From an uncultured Mollicutes bacterium (GTDB lineage: Bacteria > Bacillota_I > Bacilli_A > RF39 > UBA660): DNA of 21,115 nt. A model generated the notes under the pieces. That model ran no database searches and was not told the DNA's origin. It saw nothing but the letters and a program-made list of their open reading frames with translations. Below are positions 8,153 through 16,519 of this stretch, piece by piece. How positions within the stretch are numbered: position 1 is the first letter of the stretch; each line of letters starts with the position of its first letter. Location of the stretch: positions 1 to 21,115 of the forward strand of contig CAMMVQ010000021.1 of NCBI GenBank assembly GCA_946500425.1, read 5' to 3'. The position numbers and the translations under genes are program-made.

Positions 8153-8181
8153 TTTACAAATAAAATAGGTTAATATATAAT
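8153..8181 (+). promoter_or_regulatory. Candidate sigma-A promoter
   Basis: TTTACA (8153-8158), a 17-nt spacer, then TATAAT (8176-8181). It lies upstream of RBS AGAGGTGG and the GTG start at 8206. Confidence 0.4.
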
Positions 8182-8205
8182 TATTTATATAAGAGGTGGT
8201 TATTT

Positions 8206-8640
8206 GTGGTACGAAAAAGAAACGTAGAAAAAGAATTTATCGAAAAAAGTAGCAGGATGTTAAAATACGTTTGTGCTTTGGTAGGAATCGTTTTGTTTTT
8301 TATATATGGTATTAATGGCGGTTTTGCTTCTTTATTATTTGATTTAAGAGAATCTAAAACCGTGGTTGGTTACTGTGTTGCGATAATAATATTACTAGCG
8401 CTTTTGGTTATTTGCAATTTATCTGACGCTCCCAGTAACCAAACAAAAAGGCAAAAAGATATAAGTAGTTATGTTACCGTTGGAATAATCATAGTAATAA
8501 TTATTTTTGGAATTTTATTATTATTTACCTTACTAGATTTCTTTCTTCCGGTTATTGTTTTAGTAGCATTCTTATTAATAGTATACTTCTTAATATCAAA
8601 GCTTATTGCGGTTTTAGTAAACAAGTATGGAATAAAGTAA
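8206..8640 (+). CDS. Hypothetical integral membrane protein with about 4 transmembrane segments
   Basis: 144-aa ORF with a GTG start and a good RBS. It has four long hydrophobic stretches and no recognisable family motif. Confidence 0.5.
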   Translation: MVRKRNVEKEFIEKSSRMLKYVCALVGIVLFFIYGINGGFASLLFDLRESKTVVGYCVAIIILLALLVICNLSDAPSNQTKRQKDISSYVTVGIIIVIIIFGILLLFTLLDFFLPVIVLVAFLLIVYFLISKLIAVLVNKYGIK

Positions 8641-8642
8641 TA

Positions 8643-8682
8643 CTTGTTTTTTTATTTAAAAACAAGCATTTTACTATGCTTG
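8643..8682. terminator. Two overlapping terminator hairpins between convergent genes
   Basis: Plus strand: CTTGTTTTT ttattt AAAAACAAG (8643-8666), followed by cATTTT. Minus strand: CAAGCAT agtaaa ATGCTTG (8682..8663), followed by TTTTT. Confidence 0.5.
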
Positions 8683-8695
8683 CTTAAGTACCTTG

Positions 8696-9274
8696 TTACT
8701 TCATGTATTTCATTCCACTTTTCCAAGCTGTCCCAACTTTTTCACCTATCTTATAATAACCGTTTTGAAACTGATCAAAGACAAATGCATTTAACTTGGT
8801 AGAATCAACTTTGCCTTTTTCGTCTAACACGTCCTCGTTTGCAAGTACGTTTAGTATTTCTCCTACCACTCTAAAGCCGTCTTCATCTTTTTGAATCTTA
8901 TCTACCTTACATTCTAAAGTAATAGGATACTCTTCAATTACCGGTGCATCAACAATATCACTTTTTCTTGCGTGCATACCAGTTCTTTCAAACTTATCAG
9001 GCATTTTATTAGCGCTTGCCGTTCCAAAAAAGTCAGACTCTTCTAAATGAGGTATGTCCGCTACACTTATTGTAAAAGCACCACGCTCTTTGATATTTTG
9101 CGAGGTCTTATGTGATTCAGTTATGTTTAATGCTACTTTGTTATTATCACAAATACCTCCCCAGGCCATGTTCATAACGTCAACCGTTCCATCAGATGAA
9201 TAAGTTGCAATCATTAAAACTGGCATTGGAAATAAATATGGTTTAACACCCAAACTTACCTTTTTCAAAAACAT
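8696..9274 (-). CDS. Flavin reductase family protein (FMN-binding split-barrel)
   Basis: 192 aa. YLFPMPVLMIATYSSDGTVDVMNMAWGG is typical of the flavin reductase-like/flavoredoxin domain. Confidence 0.75.
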   Translation of the reverse strand: MFLKKVSLGVKPYLFPMPVLMIATYSSDGTVDVMNMAWGGICDNNKVALNITESHKTSQNIKERGAFTISVADIPHLEESDFFGTASANKMPDKFERTGMHARKSDIVDAPVIEEYPITLECKVDKIQKDEDGFRVVGEILNVLANEDVLDEKGKVDSTKLNAFVFDQFQNGYYKIGEKVGTAWKSGMKYMK

Positions 9275-9339
9275 CAGTCCTTTCTATTATGTTTACAATT
9301 TAATTATAACAAAGACTTTATTAAATATAAATTATATTT

Positions 9340-10146
9340 TTATATAAATTCTACTATCTCTTTTAAATCTTTTCTTTTGTTATGTAATGGATTACCTTTA
9401 TAATCATCTGCTTTATATCCAATTGGAATTAAGCAAATTGGTTCAATGTTATCTTCTAAGTTAAACTCTTTTTTTAATTCTTTCTTATCAAACATTTCAA
9501 TCCATATATTATCTACACCAACGTTAGTTGCTTCTAACATCATGTGGGTTGCAACAATTGATGCATCCATTTCGTAAGTTGAATAATTATCCTTTTGCCA
9601 TGCAATATTTTTATCACTACACACAATTAAAACCGTTGGTGCGTTATACCTACAAGGACTTACCTTATCTATTTTTTCTAATGCTTCATTTGAACTTGCA
9701 ACGTATATTTTTTGTGGCTGCATGTTTTTAGCAGTTGGTGCAAGTCTTCCTGCTTCTAGTATTTTATATATTTTTTCTTTTTCTACTTTCTTACCTTTAA
9801 ATTTTCTGGTTGCCGTTCTATTTCTAATAACACTTTCAAAATTTTGGTTATCCATAGAAACTTCCGTATACTGTTCTACTTTCATATGAAGATTATATTT
9901 ATCCCTTAATTTTGCTATTTGCTTCATCATTGGTGATTTATGATGTAAATCTAATGCTTCTTTACTTTCCCAAAGATCAATTAATAAAACCGTCTCAGGG
10001 TCATTTTCAGGGAAGAAATATTCATACTTTAAATTGCCTTCTTCATTTCTAACTTGATTTACTATTCCACTAGAAATCATTTCTTTTGCAAATTCTTTAG
10101 CACTACCATTTTTACCGGTATAATAAATGTTTATTGTTAAACTCAT
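9340..10146 (-). CDS. Fusion protein: N-terminal ABM (antibiotic biosynthesis monooxygenase-like) domain plus C-terminal nitroreductase domain
   Basis: 268 aa. The N-terminal roughly 95 aa (TINIYY..LLIDLWESKEALDLHHKSPMM) looks ABM-like. The C-terminal part (RNRTATRKF..ILEAGRLAPTAKNMQPQKIYV) is a nitroreductase signature. Confidence 0.75.
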   Translation of the reverse strand: MSLTINIYYTGKNGSAKEFAKEMISSGIVNQVRNEEGNLKYEYFFPENDPETVLLIDLWESKEALDLHHKSPMMKQIAKLRDKYNLHMKVEQYTEVSMDNQNFESVIRNRTATRKFKGKKVEKEKIYKILEAGRLAPTAKNMQPQKIYVASSNEALEKIDKVSPCRYNAPTVLIVCSDKNIAWQKDNYSTYEMDASIVATHMMLEATNVGVDNIWIEMFDKKELKKEFNLEDNIEPICLIPIGYKADDYKGNPLHNKRKDLKEIVEFI

Positions 10147-10165
10147 AATATCCTCCTTATATAAT

Positions 10166-10837
10166 CTATTTTTCTAAAGATAGTTTATAGCTATTATCTA
10201 TTAATTTGTGGATTTCTTCTGTTTTAACACTATTATCAAGTTTTATTGTTATCCAGCTTTTCTTATTCATGTGATAACCACTAAATATCTTCTTATTATC
10301 TATGATTTCTGTTATTTTATCTTTTTGATATCTTAAAACCATAATATCTGTTATTTTATCTGAGGTGATACCTAATTTGCTTTCAGATAAAACAGCGAAT
10401 ACTCCATACCACTTATTATTCTCTTTATTTCTTACTATGGCATTGTTTGAAAATTTCTTCCATAAATACTCCAAATCATCATTATATTTTTCTTTAACAT
10501 ACTTAATTACTTCTTTCGCTTGACTACTTTTAAATACGTTTGGTGTGGTACATTTATCAATTATGTCATTTAAAATATTTTCATACGCTCCTTTTATTTT
10601 ACTTGTAAAATCACCTAATGAGTTTTTTACGTCTACAAGCACGTATTCTTCGTCGGTTTGAGTATCAATTACTTTTGACTGTTTTGTTTGATTAGAAATT
10701 TTTATAACAACTTTAAACGTATCATCACATATAAGTTTTTCATAAGTATAATAATCATCTTTTATTTGAAATCCATACTCTATTAACGAATCATAATTAA
10801 TTTTTTTATCTTTAAATATATTATTTAAATTACGCAT
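10166..10837 (-). CDS. MmcQ/YjbR family DNA-binding protein with an extra N-terminal domain
   Basis: 223 aa. The C-terminal half (KWYGVFAVL..IMVLRY..GYHMNKKSWITIKLD) matches the YjbR/MmcQ pattern. Confidence 0.65.
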   Translation of the reverse strand: MRNLNNIFKDKKINYDSLIEYGFQIKDDYYTYEKLICDDTFKVVIKISNQTKQSKVIDTQTDEEYVLVDVKNSLGDFTSKIKGAYENILNDIIDKCTTPNVFKSSQAKEVIKYVKEKYNDDLEYLWKKFSNNAIVRNKENNKWYGVFAVLSESKLGITSDKITDIMVLRYQKDKITEIIDNKKIFSGYHMNKKSWITIKLDNSVKTEEIHKLIDNSYKLSLEK

Positions 10838-10862
10838 TTTTAACTCCTTAACGCCCTTAATT

Positions 10863-11114
10863 TTAATACTTATTAACCATGTGTGCCGTAATAATTGTAT
10901 AACTATATGAATTAATAGTAATTGTCATATTATCAATCTCACAATAATAGTTTTTTCCCTTTTTATAAATATTACAATTTTCATCTAAAACTTTATCTTT
11001 GCAATATTTGACCACATCATTAGTATCTAATTTAAGGTTTTTCTTAATTCTATCAATACCCATTTTAGTAGTATGAAGTTTATCTACGTTAGATAACAAT
11101 ATTTGTTTATTCAT
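10863..11114 (-). CDS. DUF3781-like small protein
   Basis: 83 aa. LHTTKMGIDRIKKNL near the N-terminus resembles the DUF3781 signature. An ATGA overlap links it to the upstream ORF. Confidence 0.55.
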   Translation of the reverse strand: MNKQILLSNVDKLHTTKMGIDRIKKNLKLDTNDVVKYCKDKVLDENCNIYKKGKNYYCEIDNMTITINSYSYTIITAHMVNKY

Positions 11115-11608
11115 ATATTATCAGTTCCATCCTTTTTTATCGGCAATTTATCTGCCCATGTTTCTAATGCTTTTAAACTTTTTTCATTTTCGATTTCTAA
11201 TTCTACTAATGATTTAAACTCAATATTGGGACTATCTTTTAATATTTTTAAATTATAATATAATCCATTTTCTACAACTTTAAAACCTTCGGGTAATTTG
11301 TTAAATAAATATTTGTCTTTAAAAATGATTATTGTTGACTCATAATCGACAATATCAATTACTTTTTTCAGCTTTTCTTTTACCTCATCATTAATCTCTA
11401 TCAATTTTTCTTCTATTAAATTATGAATTATATTAGCAATTAAAAATGGTTTAAATAATTTTGCACTATCACAAATTTCTGTGTAATAGCCTTTTTTGTT
11501 TAGTATAGATATTGTATTTGCTAATTTTTTATCTACTATAAAGTAATTTTTCATTTTTTCTATTTTAAATGTTGTAGCATTTATACATGTAAAAATATCA
11601 TTTTTCAT
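11111..11608 (-). CDS. Hypothetical protein
   Basis: The track ORF is 11111..11653. I prefer the ATG at 11608 (MKNDIFT), which follows GGAGGCAAAAAA. No family was recognised. Confidence 0.55.
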   Translation of the reverse strand: MKNDIFTCINATTFKIEKMKNYFIVDKKLANTISILNKKGYYTEICDSAKLFKPFLIANIIHNLIEEKLIEINDEVKEKLKKVIDIVDYESTIIIFKDKYLFNKLPEGFKVVENGLYYNLKILKDSPNIEFKSLVELEIENEKSLKALETWADKLPIKKDGTDNI

Positions 11609-11708
11609 TTTTTTGCCTCCATAAATTACTATTTGCCATTCTGTCCATACCAAAATTATACCATATAAAAAACATTTTATAATGTGGCCCCAAATAGGTA
11701 TACATCTA

Positions 11709-11736
11709 AAAAATTACCATAATGTAGGTAATTTTT
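11709..11736 (-). terminator. Intrinsic terminator overlapping the hydrolase stop codon
   Basis: The minus strand reads AAATTACC tacattat GGTAATTT followed by T residues. The stem is 11727-11734 paired with 11711-11718. Confidence 0.45.
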
Positions 11737-12736
11737 ATTTTAGATATTCCTTAAAAAACGCTTCAATCTTATCAAACGGAATAATATCTTTTTTATCATA
11801 AAGATCCGTATGAACGGCATCCGGTATAATCATTAACTCTTTGTTATTAGTATACTTACTATTTTCGGTCATGTTCTTATAAGCATCACGTGAAAAGTAA
11901 CAAGAATGTGCTTTTTCTCCATGAATCATCAACACCGCACTTCTTATTTCGTTTGAATACGTTAATATTGGCTGGTTAATAAACGACATTGTCCCAATAA
12001 CGTTCCATCCTTCGTTTGAATTTAAACTTCTTTCATGATATCCTCTTTTAGTTTTGTAATAATCATGGTAATCTTTTACGAAAAAGGGGGCATCAGTAGG
12101 TAGTGGGTCCACTACTCCTCCTGCTCTTTTATAAGTTCCGTTTTTATAATCTATCGTTCTTTGGTTATTTAAATTTACTTTGTTATTATATCTTGCTTCT
12201 TCGTTATCATCATTGTCAAAGTATCCGTTTGCATTTACCCTTGACATATCATACATTGTTGATGTAACCGTTGCTTTAATACGGGTATCTATTGCAGCGG
12301 TATTTAAAGCCATACCTCCCCAACCACAAATACCAATTATTCCTATTTTATTTGCATCAACCTCATCTAAGTTAGATAAATAATCAACTGCCGCCTGAAA
12401 ATCCTCCGTGTTTATATCAGGTGATGCCATGTATCTTGGTATGCCAGATGACTCACCAGTAAAAGAAGGATCAAAAGCTATGCATAAAAAACCTCTTTCA
12501 GCCATTTCTTGTGCGTATAAACCAGACGCCTGCTCTTTTACCGCACCAAAAGGTCCAGATACCGCGATTGCGGGTAATTTACCAGTATTATCTTTTGGCT
12601 CATAAAGGTCTGCCGCAAGTGTTATTCCATATCTGTTATGAAAAGTTACCTTTCTATGATTTACCTTATTGCTTTTTGAAAAGGTTTTATCCCAATTATT
12701 TGCTAAAACTAATTTTTCATCTTTCATTTTATTCAT
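11735..12736 (-). CDS. Alpha/beta hydrolase family protein
   Basis: 333 aa. It has a nucleophile-elbow-like IGIIGICGWGG and a late HTDLY histidine. The overall layout resembles dienelactone hydrolase/YcjY-like hydrolases. Confidence 0.75.
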   Translation of the reverse strand: MNKMKDEKLVLANNWDKTFSKSNKVNHRKVTFHNRYGITLAADLYEPKDNTGKLPAIAVSGPFGAVKEQASGLYAQEMAERGFLCIAFDPSFTGESSGIPRYMASPDINTEDFQAAVDYLSNLDEVDANKIGIIGICGWGGMALNTAAIDTRIKATVTSTMYDMSRVNANGYFDNDDNEEARYNNKVNLNNQRTIDYKNGTYKRAGGVVDPLPTDAPFFVKDYHDYYKTKRGYHERSLNSNEGWNVIGTMSFINQPILTYSNEIRSAVLMIHGEKAHSCYFSRDAYKNMTENSKYTNNKELMIIPDAVHTDLYDKKDIIPFDKIEAFFKEYLK

Positions 12737-12788
12737 TCCTTTCTATTTTAATTATAAATGATAGAGTTAACTCTAAGTCAAGCTTTTT

Positions 12789-13613
12789 TTAAATAACATA
12801 AATAATTATTTTTGATAATGCTTTAATAATAAATATTAATGGGAATATAAGAGAAATAAAGTAGATAAAATATTTAATAAAATTCTTTCCATTAAATGTT
12901 TTATAAAATAATTTTCTTATTTTATCCATAATGCCAAACCTCGTAATTATAAACGTAAATAATATAACTCCAAATATGTTTAAAATTATATCATCAACGT
13001 CAAATAATCCAACGCTTGTTATTTCTTGTAATAACTCAATTAATATAACAATTGGTGTGATAATTAGAAGTTGTCTTAACACGTTATTATATTTTTTATT
13101 TTTAACCATCAATAAAAATGATAACGGAACAAGCATAATAAGGTTTCCACCAACATTAAACACAATGCTTCTTACTGAGCCTTTAGTAAAATATGATGTA
13201 ATAGTGTTAAACGGTACTAAAGAGCCCTCATAAATACTTGTTAATCTTTCTAAGTCAAATCCAAAGCTAGTCCTTCCAATAAAGAACGTTATACTTATTA
13301 ATAAAATAATATAAAGAACTATATAAATAATAACGTTATTTTTGTAAGTTTTATCCCCATCTTTAATTAATCCGTAAGAAAAATATAGTAAAAATAATGA
13401 AATCATTATAAGTACTGCCTCTATTTTATCAATGCTATACCTAAATATTGGAGTAGCAACAGATAAATAATACATAAAAAGACCAACGGTTAAAATAAGT
13501 ATTATATCCGTAAAAGTTTTTAACTTATTTTTAAATATCTCTTTTTTTATTATTTTATAAATAAGGTATATAGCTAAAATAAATATTAACATAAATAAAA
13601 TAACATTATCCAT
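12789..13613 (-). CDS. VanZ-like family integral membrane protein
   Basis: 274 aa polytopic protein. SLVPFN.., NVGGNLIMLVPLSFLL, ELLQEITSVGLFDVDDIILNIFG match the VanZ pattern. Confidence 0.7.
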   Translation of the reverse strand: MDNVILFMLIFILAIYLIYKIIKKEIFKNKLKTFTDIILILTVGLFMYYLSVATPIFRYSIDKIEAVLIMISLFLLYFSYGLIKDGDKTYKNNVIIYIVLYIILLISITFFIGRTSFGFDLERLTSIYEGSLVPFNTITSYFTKGSVRSIVFNVGGNLIMLVPLSFLLMVKNKKYNNVLRQLLIITPIVILIELLQEITSVGLFDVDDIILNIFGVILFTFIITRFGIMDKIRKLFYKTFNGKNFIKYFIYFISLIFPLIFIIKALSKIIIYVI

Positions 13614-13662
13614 TTTAAAACTCCTTTACTACTTAATTATATTTTAACATAACAAAAGACAT

Positions 13663-14151
13663 TTATCTTGTTATTTTAACCGTAATACTATTTTTTCCTA
13701 CCACGTTATCCAAGTTATCGGGATAATCTATTGAGCCTATCCTTGTATATGAATAAGATGTGTTAAATGTCTTATAAAAGATAACTAAGCAGTCAGCACC
13801 ATAAAGCATAATGTCTCCCTTCTTTATTTTGCCAACAATTTTTGAATCACTTGATAAATCCTCATCAAAATAATAATATTTTTCATTACCGTTTAACTCA
13901 TTCATCGTAATGGAAAGCGGCAATCTATTAACAAGTTCTCTTGACGTTTCATTATCTTCTAAAGTTACTGTAAAATCATTTCCATTTATATTTAAGTTTA
14001 TTTTAGAAGTAAAATCATTCATGTTATCATCCTTCCTTTCTAAAACCGATTCATTAGTTGTTTTATTAAACCTTTCTTTGTTATAAAAGAAAATAAAACA
14101 AGCTACTATCAACAAAATTATCAAAATCATTATAATTAATATTTTCTTCAT
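13663..14151 (-). CDS. Membrane-anchored cyclophilin-like fold protein
   Basis: 162 aa. It has an N-terminal transmembrane or signal segment. The stretch INGNDFTVTLEDNETSRELVNRLPL..GDIMLYGADCLVIFYKTF is typical of the small cyclophilin-like family common in Firmicutes. Confidence 0.6.
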   Translation of the reverse strand: MKKILIIMILIILLIVACFIFFYNKERFNKTTNESVLERKDDNMNDFTSKINLNINGNDFTVTLEDNETSRELVNRLPLSITMNELNGNEKYYYFDEDLSSDSKIVGKIKKGDIMLYGADCLVIFYKTFNTSYSYTRIGSIDYPDNLDNVVGKNSITVKITR

Positions 14152-14166
14152 TTAGTTTGCTCCTTT

Positions 14167-14199
14167 AAAAAATGATAGTATTACTAATGTAATACTATC
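14167..14199 (-). terminator. Rho-independent terminator immediately after the retron RT
   Basis: The minus strand reads GATAGTATTAC atta GTAATACTATC ATTTTTTaaaggag. It is a perfect 11-bp stem (14189-14199 paired with 14174-14184) followed by T6. The plus-strand reading has no T-run. Confidence 0.7.
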
Positions 14200-14208
14200 A
14201 CTTAGAGC

Positions 14209-15168
14209 CTACTTTAAGTCAAGTTTTTTTACTAACTTTGTAACATCTTTTTTATAATTATTAAACTCAGTATCTTTAGTTATGTTATAAACGTGATTTA
14301 TTCTTCCTAGTAAATTTAAAAGATAAGTTTTTTCATCGCTTTTATACGCAATATTTTTTAAATGGCTTTTAAGATTGTATTTTTTTATGTAATACATCTC
14401 TTGCCTTATTTTTCTTTTGTAATTTCGCCTTATATTAACTTTTTCGTTAACTACTATTCCGGTTACTTGCTGTCTTATTTTTTTGCTTACAACCTTTATC
14501 TTTTTCTTATTTAACCTAAAATTATATTCGTATAATAACTCATTAACATATTTAATTAAATCCTTAACGTCAAAATCACCCGAAAAAGTTAAATCATCAG
14601 AGTACCTTGTATAATTAATATTTCTTTTTTCACAATAAGAACCAACCTTTTCATCGAAACTTCTTAAAACTATGTTTGATATAAAACCACTTGTCGGGGC
14701 TCCTGCAGGAAGTTTATTATTATAAACACACAAATTAGTAAAAAGCATTCCCATTTTTTTAGGATATAAAGTTTCATTAAAACAAGAATCATAAACCATA
14801 TTAAAAGTAATATTGTCAAAAAAATTCTTTATGTCTAGTTTAACGATTACGTCTTTATTTACGTGAGGTTTTGCATTATCTAAAACGGATACTTTCTTCC
14901 TGTACGCATAAGAATAACCTGATAACTTTTTTTCTTCTAAAACGTTTTTTAATATACGCCTTTGAATGCTTTTCAACTCTCTACTTGGTTCGTATAAAAA
15001 TCTTAGGCCACCGGATTTTTTTCGAATTATAATTTCTTCATAATTAGCATCTATGTTGTTACTAATATTATAAAGTATTTTATTTATTTTCTTTATATCA
15101 GTAGTATTAACTAAATTAAAAGATGATAACAAGTCGTTATATTTATCATTACTTAAATATACAAACAT
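14209..15168 (-). CDS. Retron-type reverse transcriptase
   Basis: 319 aa. Visible motifs are RKKSGGLRFLYEP, LKSIQRRIL, YAYRKKVSVLDNAKPH (NAxxH), DIKNFFDNI, LPAGAPTSGFISN, YTRYSDDLTFSG (YxDD) and the retron-typical RQQVTGIVVN (VTG). RBS GGAG lies 8 nt before the ATG. The protein has an RT domain only, with no fused effector. Confidence 0.9.
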   Translation of the reverse strand: MFVYLSNDKYNDLLSSFNLVNTTDIKKINKILYNISNNIDANYEEIIIRKKSGGLRFLYEPSRELKSIQRRILKNVLEEKKLSGYSYAYRKKVSVLDNAKPHVNKDVIVKLDIKNFFDNITFNMVYDSCFNETLYPKKMGMLFTNLCVYNNKLPAGAPTSGFISNIVLRSFDEKVGSYCEKRNINYTRYSDDLTFSGDFDVKDLIKYVNELLYEYNFRLNKKKIKVVSKKIRQQVTGIVVNEKVNIRRNYKRKIRQEMYYIKKYNLKSHLKNIAYKSDEKTYLLNLLGRINHVYNITKDTEFNNYKKDVTKLVKKLDLK

Positions 15169-15184
15169 ACTATCATCTCCTAAA

Positions 15185-15350
15185 TATAAGCAAGTACTAT
15201 AATATATTGTAACTAGCGAAATGTAGGAGTATTACGTGAAGCGTAAATTACTACATTGAGCGTTATCAATATAATGTATTTATTTAGTATTTCTTACTTT
15301 AGCGACTCGCTAAAAAGATTTTTATAAAATCAAAACGCTGCTTGCTTACA
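15185..15350 (-). ncRNA. Predicted retron msr-msd non-coding RNA
   Basis: It sits directly upstream of the RT and ends 17 nt before the ATG. The termini form the a2/a1 duplex: TGTAAGCAAG (15350..15341) pairs with CTTGCTTATA (15194..15185), 10 bp including one G:U. The 5' half holds msr-like hairpins GATTTT ata AAAATC and TTTAGC gagtc GCTAAA. The 3' half holds an msd-like long hairpin AATGTAG..TTACG cttca CGTAA..CTACATT (15257..15220). TATAAT at 15361..15356 lies just upstream. Confidence 0.65.
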
Positions 15351-15400
15351 AGAATATTATATAACAAAATATAAAAATTTACTATTTAATTCAATCTATT

Positions 15401-16514
15401 TTAATCCAATCTCTTTGTATTCTTTTTAATTTTATTATTATTAATAATACTTATAATATCACTATCTTCTATGGTTTTTGATGTTTTAAAAAATTCTTTT
15501 ATATCAAAAGTTATGCTTTCTACATCATAATTATCAGGATCAAATCCTAACTTTTTCATCTTATCTATTATTACGTGTTTGCCAGAATGCACACCAATTA
15601 CCATACTATCAACGTATATTCCATATCTTTTAGGATCCATTATCTCATACGTTTTTTTATTTTTTAAGACACCTGCCTGGTGAATTCCAGCCTCATGTTT
15701 AAAAGCGTTAGCACCAACTATTGGCTTATTGTGTTGTACGGATGATCCGGTTATAGAAGAAACTAGCAAGCTCGCCTCATAAATCATTTTAGTATTAATG
15801 TTTGTTTTAGCATTATAATATTCTTTTTTAGTATCTAGGTTTGCAACCACTTCTTCCAAAGCAGTGTTACCAGCTCTTTCATCAATTCCGTTTATCGTGC
15901 ATTCTACTTGTGTTACTCCTGCTAAAATGACACTCATAGAATTTGCCGTTGCAAGTCCCAAATCATTATGACAATGAACTGATATATTTACCTTATTCAA
16001 ATTACTATTTTCCTTTAAGTAAATTATAAATGCTCTAAATTCATCTGGTGATGTATATCCTACCGTGTCCGGTATATTAATCGTTATTGCACCAGCTTTA
16101 ATTGCTTCATCAATTACTTTACAAGCATATACCTTATCAGTCCTTGTTGCATCTTCCAAAGAAAACTCTATATCATAACACTTTTCTTTAGCATAACTAA
16201 CAAATTCTTTAACCATTTCTAAAACTTCTTCTTTTGTTTTTCCTAGCTTATCATAAACGTGCGTATCACTTGTTCCTATAAAAACATGTATCCTTGGTTT
16301 TTTAGCATCCCAAGCCATGTTCTATATCACGTTTATTAAGCCTTGCAAGTGATGCAACAGATGCGTTATTAACTACCTTACTTATTTCTTTTATCGATTC
16401 AAAATCACTATAAAAGGTGCTTCTAAAGTTTATTTGTTTTACTTCATATTTATCATTTTTAAGTTCTAGTTCTATGTCGTCAATATATCTCATAACAATA
16501 TCAGCTCTAGTATA
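15401..16514 (-). pseudogene. 2-isopropylmalate/citramalate/homocitrate synthase-like (HMGL/LeuA family) pseudogene, 5'-truncated and frameshifted
   Basis: ORF 15401..16318 carries HCHNDLGLATANS, INGIDERAGN (canonical INGIGERAGN) and HEAGIHQ. ORF 16302..16493 carries the preceding ..DFESIKEI..ASVASLARLNKRDIE segment in another frame. Deleting one nt near 16319-16320 restores ..RDIEMAWDAKKPRIHVF... The catalytic N-terminal DTTLRDGEQ region is absent, and an in-frame stop lies at 16515-16517. Confidence 0.75.
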
Positions 16515-16519
16515 TCAAT

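Noticed and set aside
12771-14231. Two similar roughly 20-nt stretches occur at 12771-12797 (ctctaagtcaagctttttttaaataac) and 14212-14236 (ctttaagtcaagtttttttactaac). They could be direct repeats flanking the VanZ plus cyclophilin-like gene pair.
   Set aside because: They are short, T-rich and imperfect. One copy is coding sequence (RT C-terminus KKLDLK) and the other is intergenic. Each contains a TTGACT box on the minus strand, which could explain the similarity. I cannot separate this from chance without genome-wide repeat statistics.
14209-15168. The RT could instead be a group II intron maturase, a DGR RT or an Abi/DRT-type RT.
   Set aside because: At 319 aa it has no maturase X or endonuclease domains and no flanking intron-like RNA domains. 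I saw no template/variable repeat pair nearby. NAxxH, the VTG motif and the upstream inverted-repeat-bounded structured RNA all point to a retron.
15298-15314. The palindrome tttagcgactcgctaaa could be a protein operator site.
   Set aside because: It lies inside the predicted msr region and is more simply read as an msr stem-loop (TTTAGC/GCTAAA with a 5-nt loop).
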